A DNA stretch of 52,939 bases from a virus. Lineage: Duplodnaviria; Caudoviricetes. Where the stretch lies: IMG/VR virus record IMGVR_UViG_3300028388_001804, positions 1 through 52,939 of that record; one strand, given 5' to 3'. The notes below the pieces were generated by a model. That model was not told the origin of the DNA and made no database searches. It saw only the letters and a list, made by a program, of their open reading frames with translations. The position numbers and the translations under genes are program-made. Below, piece after piece: positions 1-11,825 of this stretch (its first letter is position 1; each line of letters starts with the position of its first letter).

Positions 1-3000
1 CCTTGCCCATATATAGCACCAAATTTATCTTTAGCTATTTTAGCTGCTCCAGCTCCGTGTCTTCCTTGTGGATTACTGCCGAATACAAATATAGTATTAG
101 GTTCTGGCTGAATATTTCCTTCGTAATAGTTTTGCGTAGTCCGCTCATTTAATAGCTCAGCTAATGCGCGGGCTTGGGAAAAAGGTGTAGATGCAAACAT
201 ATCTGTTAGTATTTTACCTTTAGATTTATCGCGCAACTCTTGCTCTAAAGTGGGGTTTTCATCTAAGTATATTCTCCATAAATCTTTATATAATAGCCAC
301 TGCTTTTCTGCTGAATACAGTCTACCTTTTTTACCCTTACCTAATTTATATTTATTATCTGAAAAAGCTGTACTTCCTTTAGGTTTAGGTTTAGCTTTAC
401 CATAACCTTTAATATCTAATTGGTAAATATCTTCAATAATTCTACCATCCTTTAACTGTGCAAACATGGCACTAAAACGCTTATCTCCTTTACTAGATAC
501 TTCATAGCTATTAGCAGCTTTTCTAGCCCAAGTATAAGTTGTTATAGTGGTTGCAGTATTTCTAATATTAGAAGGATTTAACTTAACGTCTAATATTGAA
601 AGTACATCTTCATTTAAAAAGTCTTCATTTAAAGATTTAGCTGTAATAATTCTAATATCATCTAATAAAGTTACAGGTTTTTTTAATTTAAATACTTTTT
701 TCAAGAAATCAACTATATCATCCCATAAACTTTTCTTTTTGCTGTAAACAGACTCTTTGTTCTTAGCCCAAGATTTAAGCTGTCCTATTGTCAAGAAATT
801 AGAAGGTATCTCTGTACCTGAAATATTAAAAATATCCAATTGGTCTAACCAATGAGTTCCATTATTTAAATCTATTTTCTGACCTGTTAAAGCATAAAGT
901 AATAAAGATATTTTCTTATCTCCTTGCTGAATGAATGGAGTATTACTTATATCTTCATCAGTTAAATTGTTAATTACATTTAAAATCCACTTTTTAGTTG
1001 CTTTTTTATCTGTAGTATCAAGTTTATGTCTAGTTGCTGCGTGCCAAAGTTCATGTAATAGGGCTTCATCAGCAGTTTGATAAGACATATCTTTTATCTT
1101 ATTAGCATATAAAAATACTTTATCCGAAGATTTAGAGTATTCAGCAACTGAGCCTTTTAATATAGGTTCATTTTTAGAAATAACAACATTTTTAAAAGAT
1201 TTCAATAGAGTTTTAATATCATCGTAATATGCAGAACTTCTGAATAGTTCGTCTAAATTATTCTCATCCACTAAGACTTCACCTTGTTCGTTATAATCTA
1301 AAGTAACAAACTTATCGTAATACTTTTTATTTTCTTTTAAATTTAGCTCTCTATAGTCTGTTTTAGCCTCTTGTTGAGTACTTTTTACTCTTCCGTATAA
1401 GAACCTTTCAATTTCTTTTAAAGACTCCATAGAAGCCAATTCTGAAGCAGACTTTTCATTAGAATATACTAGCTGTCGTTTCAAATTTAATAAAATATTA
1501 TCAACTTCTTTTTTAGTCAGAGGTTTATACTTATCGTATTTAGCATTATCAATAGCTTTAATATTAGCTAAAGCCTGGTCTTTATATTTACTATTAAATA
1601 TTTTGTCAAGTGTAGGGTAGCCGTAAAATTGCTGATACAAATCTTTTCTAAGATCTTCTAGTTGTTCGTCTAATTCATCCTGTTGATTTTTATATTCGTT
1701 TAAAAAAATTGCAGCATCTGATTTAGATTTAAAAGCACTATCAAGACCTTTTATAGACTTATACGCTTCTGTTTTTAAATCTTTCAGAGAATCAACAAGT
1801 TTTAAATCTAAATCAAATAATTCAAGTTTTTTAGATAAATTAGATTTAAATTCATCTAATAAAGTTTGATAAAAAGGAGACTTTTGTAGTTTAGAATCAA
1901 TTCTATTTTTTATAAAGCTTTGAACTTCTTCTTTTGCTAACTGCAGCCTATTATCTTCTTCTAAGTTAGTAGCAGTAAGATATGTTCCAGCTTTGTTATC
2001 AACATGTACATATTTAGCGTCAATATCAAAATCAGCTCCTGAAAGTTCTATAATCTCTAAAGGTAAAATTAAATTATTACCTTGAAAATATGGTAAAGTA
2101 TCTACATACCTAATGTTTACCATAAATCCCTTTCCTTGTGTAGGAATACGCACTCCGTGATCTGTTCTACCTATTTCAGCAGCTTTATCGGAAGCAATAC
2201 CTTCTGAATACCATGTATTAGTTTTATCATCCCAAATTCTATGTCTAAGTCTAGTTTTAATTTCTTTTACCCTAGAATATGTTGAAGACTGGTAAAAATC
2301 AGATTGATACATCTCTTCTTTAAATGTATTATTTTCTAGATACTCGTCCAGTTTTTCAATCGGCGTGTCAATAAGCTCAGACAGTTCTAGTAAAGTTAAA
2401 AGTTGATCTGTTAAAATATCATAATCTTGAGTTTGATTAAAATCTTCACCTAAAGAATTAATTTTATCTGTTAGACTTTTAATTTTTTCCGCTCGTTTAG
2501 AATAATGTAGTTCTTCAAACGAAGGATCTGTAGCTTTAAGTGTGTCTACTTGGCGATAAAATGTAATTCCATCTTCTGAGAAATAAAGCGATTTTTCTTT
2601 ATTAAAAAGAGTGTTATATTTATCCCTACTAATACCATCAATACTAACTAACCTACGAACTGTATATCCGTAGGAAGAAACTAATGTATATTTTCTTCCA
2701 TCCACTTTCTGAGAAAATAAATTTTTACTTACAAATGCTTGATATAAACTTTCTATTTTAGCAGAAGCTGCTGTAAAATTCCAGTTATACTCAGGTATTT
2801 TAGTAAGATCATCAATTTGTTGGTAAGATCCTAAGTATTCTAATAAAAGTACATCTGAATCTACATCTGATAGATTAGCTTTAACATATTCTACAAATTC
2901 AGTAAAATTTATTTCATCTGACGATTTACCGTCTTCCATTCTAAACAAAGATTTTTCTTTATCTTCTAGAGAAAGATCTACCCGTTTACCTAATAAATCT

Positions 3001-6000
3001 TTAAAAAACTTAGCTAATATAGGAGCTTTTACAGTTTGAGATCCAAAATGTAAATCTTGATTAGGATCTACTTCAGTCCAGATTAATCCCATAGATTGAG
3101 TACCGTCAGTTATCTTTGTTTTAAACCCATCAGTATTTGTATGCTCTCTTAAATTAGAGTTTGAAAGAATATTTATAACATTATCAGTAATATTATCTAA
3201 ATCTTTTTGTGGATTTAATTTAGCAGTTTTTAACGAAGATGTAGTAATAATAAAGTCTACTTCTTTTTCTTGTAATGTATTGTAAGCTTTGTGTAATTCT
3301 TCTCTTCCCGGTAATGCTTCATATAATTTAGATGGATTGTTTTTATATAAATTTTTTAATCCTTTAACATATTTTATAGCCTCTGCTTTAGATTTCTTTG
3401 TATCTTTTATATGTTTAATTATTTCTGGTTTCAATCTTGAAGTACCACTTCTTTGTAAAATATTAACTGAAGTTTTCATTAAAGTAAGCATACTCTTTTC
3501 TACAAGTTTTTTAGAGTGTCCCCATACATTTAATGACTCTAAAAGAGAATAGTCAGGTGTAAATACATTATCTAAACCTAACTCTATTAATTCTAACTCA
3601 TCTAATATTTTTTTAGATTTTTTACCAGTAGCTTTAATATAAACATTTTTAAACCATTCTAAGGTTGTGTAAGTTTGACCGTCAGAAGAGTCTATTCCCT
3701 CAACTGAATCTAATCCATTTCTTTCTCTCTCATAATCTTCTAAAGAAGTTTTTGGCATATCTAAAGCAATATAAGTTGTTTTACCTACTCCCATGTTACT
3801 ACCCGAAGATATTTGATTACCATTACGTTTAGTTGCATCCGTATAATTTCTATGGTTTAAATTTACATACCCATAAAACAAATTAGACAGTAACATACCA
3901 TTTATTGTATCATTATAAAAGTAATCTGCAAGTCTACTATAAACTATATTTTTATCTTTATCTGCATAATTAGCAGGAAGTAGTAAATTTTTACCTTTTT
4001 CCATGTTAATTAAATTCTCAGATTGAAGTTGATTTAAAAATTTATCAAATTGAGACTGCATGTAATAATTTAAACTTTGAGACTGTGCTTTACCCAGATC
4101 TTTTTTATTTAAAGACAAGGCATTTTGTACAAACTCTTCTGATCTAGAAATATTTTTAAATCTAAATAACTTAACCATTCTGCTTTGTTTCGGATTTGTA
4201 TTGTATTTAGCAGTGTTTTTTAATATAGTTTCTAATTTACTTATATCTTTAATTCTACTCTTGCCGTTCTCGTCTTTCTCAAGTTCTATACTATCAAGTA
4301 GTTGATTAAAACTAATTGTATCTGTTTCATTTAAATAATATTTACCAGTATGATACTCTTGTACTATATCCTGTTTACCTTCTTTTATTTCTTTTATCTG
4401 GTCGTAAGCTGAACTTATATATGATAACTCGTATTGAAGCATAGCTTTTAACCTAGAGCCTCCTTCTTTTGTTAAATTTATTTTATTGTCTTTTATATTA
4501 AAATACTCTTTTTTAGGCGTAGTAACAAAATAGTTAGTTCTCTTTTCTGAGAAAATAAATACCTGAGTAGGATTTATACTTAAATTAGACAAAGGATTAA
4601 ATTCAGCAAGTTTATTTATTAACCTTGACCTTAAAGATTGTTGATGGTATACTTGTCCATCACCTCTACCAGATTCATTATTTTCTGTCATTCCTGCAAA
4701 ATATCTAGCTTGCATAGAAACAAGTGCTTTAGGATCTCTTATAAGAGGATTCATCATCAAGGATCTAGCTCTAATCTCAGCTTCTAAATTAGAAATACTC
4801 TTACCGTAAGAAGAAAATCCAAAGTGAATTTTATCCATAAGAACGTTCATATCAGTACCGTTATTGATGATATAGTCAATAGCCAGAGCAAATTTACCTT
4901 TACCGTTTGTACTTTGAATATAGTGCATTATTTCTTCTGTAAAATAAGATTGTTGAGTTTTGTTGTAAATGACATTATCATTAGCATCTTTAAAAGCTAA
5001 AGAAGTGTTTTCATCAGAAAATTTAAAATTATTATTTATAATTTTTCTTAATGTAGAAGTTGCTCCTATATAATTAGAAGTTTCATCTGGATAGAATGCA
5101 AATTTATCATATTTTGAATTAGATTCTAATATGCTAAAAGTATGCTGTACCCCTTTTTTACTATCTTTCTTATAATACACTCTTTGAATCGGAGGAATAT
5201 GTGTTCCATAATTATTTAAAATCTCTTTAAAATAAGTTCTTTCCTCTAAAGATACATTTTCATTATCATAATGTTCGTAGGCAATAGAATACATGATATA
5301 CGGGTGCGATATACTCATACCCAACATATTCAAATTCTGTGAAATTACAATTATTAAATCTACTGTAGACGTTGGTAATATTGCCGTACCATCTAATGTA
5401 GAAGTTAAATTATCTAGTCCTTTTTGCGTTAACTTAGGATTTTTATAATGCTTTAATAAAGTATAGGTAACTTTTATAAGCTGTGTTATTTGTTTAGATG
5501 TTAAATTTTGAGACATAAAATCAGATTTCCATTTATCTAAAACTTGCGCTTCATCTGATTGTATTGTAGCTCTAAGACTTATTGTTTCATTAGTATTGCT
5601 ATTTATTAGTACTTCTGTAGCTTCTATATGAGTATGATTTACAGCTCTATAAAATGAAGATAAAATTGGGATGTCCATTAAAATATCAACAGATTTTACA
5701 TCTTTATTATAAAGTAAATCTAATGTATCTTGTTTAGCAGTTTCTTTAGGAAAATTAAAATAGTCTTGTACGATATTTTCTATTTTATTTAAAAAAGCAT
5801 GTACGTTTTCATTTACATCTCTCATAGAATTTAACTTAGAAAAATATTCTTGTGGAAATGTATCCGCTAAGTTGTTAATAAGAAATGAGTAAAATTCATT
5901 CTCATTAATAAAATTAACAAGTCCTGTAGATTTTAATTTTTCAGAAGATAAATTTTCTAATCCTAGAATATTACTAAATACTGGGGTAGATCCTATAAAT

Positions 6001-9000
6001 AATCTCAATATCTGAGACATAGATTTAATAGGAGATACTTCTAAATTAGATTGAGTATATCTAGAAAAGTTATCTGATTCGCTGTGTACTTCTGAATCTG
6101 GAAGATCTGCTATACCACTATCATAATAAGCTAAAGATCTTTTTATTTCTTTAAATAAAGCACTATTTTCTGTTTCAAAATAATTAGCTAAGGCATTAGT
6201 AGCATTAAGTAAACTTTGATATGTAGCTGTAGAAGCATTAGATTCTATTAAAGCTAAAGCTAAGTTTTCATTTAAATCTAAATCATATATTTCTTCAAGT
6301 TCTTCAACAACAGCATCTATATCAGATTTATAGATTTTATCTTTTTGAAGGAGTTTAAAAGTAATTTGCTTTATAAGTGCGTTACTTAAATAAGATGGTA
6401 AATATTTTGTTATGTCTTTACCTGTTATAGGGTCTTCTTCTGTATACTCTAATAAAGCTTGAGATATATCCACAGGAGTTCCGCCTAAATCTTCTACATA
6501 TTCTCGTATAATTGTTAATACTTCAGAAGTATAGTTAGATTTCTCCCCTCGTTCATAAGCTTCAAGTAAACTGTTTAATCTATTTATTTCTACTTTAGCT
6601 CTTTTTTGCAAGTTTGCTTTAGTAGGATTTTCTTTTAATCTAGTTAATAATGATTTTAACTTAGTAATTTTTACTTCATTAGATAATATTTTAGTTATAT
6701 CATTTTCAGTAACAGTTTGACTTGGAACTTTAGATATTAAATTTTCAGAAGAATCTTTAATTGCATCTTGTAGTTCTTTGTTAATTGTATCGTATAGTTT
6801 AGTACCTTTTAAATTATTAGCTAAAAGATCTTTGTAAATAGATTCTACATTTTCATTAAATGTTTCTTTTGAAATCTTATCTTTATATTTTAATAAATTT
6901 GAGTACTTTTTATTTAAAGCATCTAATATAGACGTATCTTCTTTAGACTTTAACTTCTCTTTAGGTTTACTTTTAGGTTTACTTTTAAGTTTACTTTTAG
7001 ACTCAGATTCTACGGGTTTTTCTTCTTGCAAATCTTCTGAAGTTAGATCGTAAATTGGTTGGAATAATCTAGACGGTATATAAGTCATTCTAGTATTATT
7101 ATAATCAATATTTAATCCTTCTTGATTAAATCCTTGAACTCCTGTAACTTGTAAGTTCATAGAAGCTAAAGATGTTTTTCTTTTCTTTGTGTATAAATTA
7201 GCTACAATATTAGCAGCATTCTTTATATCTTCTGCAGTTACTGGCGACCCTGTTGTTTTATTTATAAATTGTTTTTGCTTACGATGCCAAACTATATCTG
7301 TGTACTTAGTATTAGACAAAGACATAGTTATCGAATCTTCTACAGTATTAGACCTAGTGTCTTCTAAAGATAAAGAAATACTTAACTTAGGTATAATATC
7401 TCCATATCCTTCAGGATTATCTTGAAAATGCTTGATATTAGGATTTTCAGTTTTACCGTACTTTTCTTTAACTCGTTCCTCAGCTTCTCTAGTATATTTT
7501 GGTTGAATTAAAACTCTAGAAATAAGATTCATACCTTCTGGTATATATCTTTCATTTACAGAGATCCACATACTAGAGACTGTATCTGTGCCTAATACAA
7601 TATCTTTTAAATACCCTTGAGCTGTAGTAGTACCTGATTGTAAGAATGGATTTGATTTTAAAAATAAATTTCTTAAAACACTCACGCCTTCTAATAAAAC
7701 TTCAGTTAGAACAGACTGTCTAATTGGCAAAGATTTTAAAGAATAGTATTTACCACTAGGTAACAATGCTAAAGAGTTTTGATTATTTATTTTAGAATTA
7801 GGTGCATGTGTATCTATTAATACAGCTAAATCGTCTTTAAATTCTTCTGATATAGCTGATGCAGGTTGCCATTGGTCTGAATTTAATTCTTTTACCCATA
7901 TACTGTCTAATCTTAAATTAGATTCTTTTTTATTTAGCCTAGTTCTCTGGACTACAACAATATACTTTTTACCATTATAAGTATGTGCATCTTCTTCTGT
8001 TAGCTGGTCTACTAACTTAGGTAAATCTTCAACATTTTCGTAACTATTTTTACCATTATTGTAGGTCATTACATTAGAATACTTACCAAACACTTCACTA
8101 TTAAATTTAATTCTTCCTCTTAAATCTATAGGTTTACCAAGTGTCAGCTCTTTTAAAAGTTTATTATAAACTTCTTGAGCTTTTATACCAGCAGCTAACG
8201 ATTCTCTTCCTTTTGGAGTTAATTCTTGAGTTAAATCATTCCAGTATAAAGGATTTATATCTTTTATTAGCTTATGAGGCATTGTTTTAAAATCTACTTT
8301 ATTACCGTTTAAAAGAAATTTATAGGGAGATGTTAATCTTCCAATATATTTACCTTTTAAAAACACCTGCACTCTATACTTTTTACCGTCTATAATATGG
8401 TAAGGAACTGCTGTTAACTCAGAAGTGTATATTTTTGATTTAGCTTTACCAGAAAAAGGAACTAATTTTAAATTTATATTACCTTTTCTAATTTCCTCAG
8501 CATTTTCATTGATAAATTTTATTTCTTCATCTGTAAGATCATGTCTTAAAATAATCTTATCGTCAGAAACAATCTTACCTTTAATATTTAAATCCTCAAA
8601 TACTTCTTCGTTTTCAATTTCTTTAATTTCATCTTTTAAAAGCTCTTTTTCTTCTTCTACAATTTCTTCTATAATTTCCTCAGCTTCATTTTTATCTATA
8701 ATATCTTCGGGTATGCTATTTATAGCTTCCTCTTTTATTTCGTCTAATTTTTCTACAGTTTCTTGTAATTCTTCTTTACTTGAAAAACTTTCTACAGTAT
8801 CTTCAAAAATTTCTTCTTCTATATCATCATACTCTGTACTCCCTTCAACTTCTTCAGCAGCACTTTCTTCCTCTACTATAGGTAATTCTGACTCAACATT
8901 CTCTGAAGGATCAGGTGAAATTTCTTCTTCAGTGCTAACATTTTCTTCTGGTGTTAATTCAATCGGCTCAGAATTTTCTAACAAACTCTCTGGATTATTG

Positions 9001-10055
9001 TCAACACTCTCTTCTAATTCTATTTCTTCTGTTTCTACATTATCAGAAGAGGTACTTTCACTTTCTTCAGGTTCAGATTTTTCTTGTTTGTAATTCTCAG
9101 GATATACAGATCTATTATACCTCTCTAAAATATCATTTAAACTTTCAATTAAAAAGTTTGTAATCATCTGCTGAGACTTAGTCTTAGGATTATAATCATC
9201 TCTTAGATCTAAAATATCTTTATATAAATCAGTAAGATCTTTTTCATCAGATTTAGTTAATTTCTTTTTATTAATATAATAGTCAATCCTATCACTAAGC
9301 TCTTCAATTTTCTCTGTTATTGGATTTGGTGTTGCTTTATTTACAGTCTCTACAACTTTTTCTGCAGCTTTTTCAACAGCTTCAGCACTTTCAGGTTCTA
9401 AACTTTCTACACTATCTACAGTAGATTTTAACTTATTTCCTGCAACTTCTCTTTTAATAACCTCATCAAATAGTCTGCCCCATCGAGATTTTATAGCTCT
9501 TTCTTGATTTTGTCTAACTGTTAAATCTTCAGCTATATTATCCGAAGCTAAAAATGTAGATTCAGATTGAGGTATAACATTTTTAGACGACTTAAAAAGA
9601 TTATTTTTTAATATCGCATCTCTTACTTTAAGTAGTTTTTTATCTCCTTTTAAAGTTGCTACTGCATTATAATCATCAACAAGTCTTCTTTTTAAAGCTG
9701 TTAATTTATTATAATCTTGGTATGCTTCTACTGCAGCCTTATATTTTATAGAATCTCTGTTCTTCAATTTTTCTAAATACTCTACATTGCTAATGTGGTC
9801 AGTTAACCCTTTAAAAACTTGTTTTGTATCTTTTAAAGCTTTGTCAAGTTCGTATACATTTTTATCTAATTTTTTACCTTTAACAGTTTTACGTTTAAGT
9901 GTATTTAAAAATATATTAACAACATCTTCTTCAGTTATATCTCTATCCTTTATATTCTTTTTAAGGCTGTTCATGTGAGTTATCACGTCTTGTCTTTCTT
10001 TTTTGTTTAAAACTCCGTTGAAAAGATAACCAACTAAGTCTGTTTTATCGTTTAA
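1..10055 (-). CDS. Giant virion-packaged RNA polymerase polyprotein (>3300 aa in this frame, 3' end outside window)
   Basis: Segments translated by hand all fall in one minus frame (codons starting at positions = 2 mod 3): DSSDGQTY (~3680), GVRIPTQGKG (~2140), SGADFDIDAKY (DFDID 2019-2033), HELWH (1041-1055), IFVFGSNPQGRHGAGAA (~45-95). The track reports no minus-strand ORF here, consistent with one stop-free frame running off the edge. DFDID and RIPTQ match crAss-like vRNAPs such as phi14:2 gp66. Possible independent starts are ATG 10112, GTG 9986 or ATG 9974. Confidence 0.9.
6961..7000. repeat. 3 x 12-bp tandem repeat (TTAGGTTTACTT) encoding a KSKP-type linker
   Basis: Units at 6961, 6973 and 6985 (one mismatch in the last), inside the vRNAP frame. 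Confidence 0.85.
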
Positions 10056-11824
10056 AAAGAATTTCTCTCTTCTTCTGTAATTGAATTTCCATATGACAGT
10101 GCATTTTTCCATTCTTCAACTGAGGAATTATTAGCTGCGGAATCAACTGCTTCGAGAAGATGGTGTATTGTTTTATCTTTATGAGCTTTATATATTTGTC
10201 TATATATAAGCTCATGCTCTGAATTTTTAGCTGAAAACATATCGTTATTTTTTAACGCTGTTTCCAAATCACTATAAGACTGCAGTACTCCTGTTAAAGT
10301 TTTAAAATGTTTTTGAATATACGAAGATGTAGCCTCAGTTGCTGCTTTTACATTATCATACTCTGTTATTTTATCGGAAGCCTCTTTCCAAGCATTAGTT
10401 AAGCCAGATTCCCATCCAAATCCAAATTTTCTTTGTCCTGTTTTTTTATCTACTTTAGACATTGTGGGAGATCCTGCTAAACCTATTAAACCTCCTAAAG
10501 TAACTTCTTTCCAGAAATCTTTTGTACCAAAGTTTTTACCATAAGCTGATGCAACATCTAATGCTATGTCCATTGCAGTACCTTGAGCATCACTAGAATA
10601 AGAGTTTAAAGTATATTTTAAAATACCGTCAGTAATAGCAGCTTGTCCTGCCTCTTCAATTAAACCTTCCGATACAAACGGTTTTAAAAGAGCATAACTA
10701 CCTCGTACAACTTTATTTCTTAAAGCATCTGTTACAAGTTTATTAGCTGGAGATAAAACTTTAGATTTAGCTCCTACCATATTACCAGCAAGTTTATGTA
10801 TACCTAAGTTTTTAGCTGCTGGGTCTATTATAGCATCTTTAAGTCCTATATTAAATACTCGTCCGAATGTTAGAAAGTTTGTAAATCCTACTAAAGCAGA
10901 GTTAAGAGCAAATACTGAATTACCTCCTTGAACAGCATAATCTTCTATATTAAGTTTTTCTTCTTCTGTTAGCTCTCTTCCAAGATCTCTCTCAGCTTTT
11001 TCAGTCATTGCTTTAATAGCTTCTTTTTTAAATTGGTTAGCTTCAACCCCAGCTTCGTAAAAAGCACCTGTTATTATCTGGCGAGATAACCCTAATGTCT
11101 TGCTATTTCTAGCTGCAGATGCTATTCCTTTTAAAGAAGATACTGCTCCTTTTGCTTTAGAAGCTGTTGTAAATATAGAAGGTAATCTAGACATAATAGA
11201 TGCTGTAGCAGCAGCTTGAGCTGGAGCAGCAGTTAGACCTGAAGCTGTTGTTGCCGCAGTTAAAGCTGTCTCTGTTAAAACTGCTCCAACAACGAAAGAT
11301 ATTGCACCTAAAAAATCGTCTGCCCAGAATTTAAATGTTCCTAGTTGTTGTCCTATATTCTTATCGTGGTAATCAGCAGGACCGTTTATCAGCCAGTTTT
11401 GATCTATATATTCAGTTTGGGCATTTATCCAGTTGTTATATGTGTTATCCCAAATATGTGACTTATCACCGCGAGCTAATGCCCCGACAGAAGATCCCAG
11501 CATACCTATTCCCCCTGCTACATTTAAACCAGTTTTACCTGCAAATTTATATGCTGCCACATTAATTTTACCATCTCCGAAAGGATTTAATGTAAATAAA
11601 GGTTGAGACCTAGATTTTATATCGTACAACTTAGCAAAATTATCAACATCATTAGATGTCAATATAGGGGTTTTAACATTATGTTTACCTTTTTTTCTAA
11701 AAAGAGATGGATCTATGTCTATATCTTTGTTATATTTTATTGTATCAGTACCATAACCTCTTGCTTGTTTAGCTGCTGAGTTATTCATTACTCTTTCAAA
11801 AGGATCGTTTGTTGGCTGTGCCAT
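10052..11824 (-). CDS. N-terminal membrane-active segment of the ejected cargo/vRNAP protein (probably fused to the downstream frame)
   Basis: 590 aa with several Gly/Ala-rich hydrophobic helices (GAISFVVGAVLTETAL, VFALNSALVGF, TLGGLIGLAG). Ends abruptly at NSF* where the -1 frame is open. Confidence 0.75.
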   Translation of the reverse strand: MAQPTNDPFERVMNNSAAKQARGYGTDTIKYNKDIDIDPSLFRKKGKHNVKTPILTSNDVDNFAKLYDIKSRSQPLFTLNPFGDGKINVAAYKFAGKTGLNVAGGIGMLGSSVGALARGDKSHIWDNTYNNWINAQTEYIDQNWLINGPADYHDKNIGQQLGTFKFWADDFLGAISFVVGAVLTETALTAATTASGLTAAPAQAAATASIMSRLPSIFTTASKAKGAVSSLKGIASAARNSKTLGLSRQIITGAFYEAGVEANQFKKEAIKAMTEKAERDLGRELTEEEKLNIEDYAVQGGNSVFALNSALVGFTNFLTFGRVFNIGLKDAIIDPAAKNLGIHKLAGNMVGAKSKVLSPANKLVTDALRNKVVRGSYALLKPFVSEGLIEEAGQAAITDGILKYTLNSYSSDAQGTAMDIALDVASAYGKNFGTKDFWKEVTLGGLIGLAGSPTMSKVDKKTGQRKFGFGWESGLTNAWKEASDKITEYDNVKAATEATSSYIQKHFKTLTGVLQSYSDLETALKNNDMFSAKNSEHELIYRQIYKAHKDKTIHHLLEAVDSAANNSSVEEWKNALSYGNSITEEERNSF

Positions 11825-11825
11825 A

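Noticed and set aside
547-9978. Plus-strand ORFs, including the 222-aa Ser-rich 8425-9093
   Set aside because: Antisense shadows of the giant minus-strand gene; the S/F/L/I bias mirrors E/K codons.
10051-10056. Coronavirus-type U UUA AAC slippery heptamer
   Set aside because: TTTAAAC is present but phased with the downstream frame rather than frame 0, so the canonical tandem-slip mechanism does not apply.
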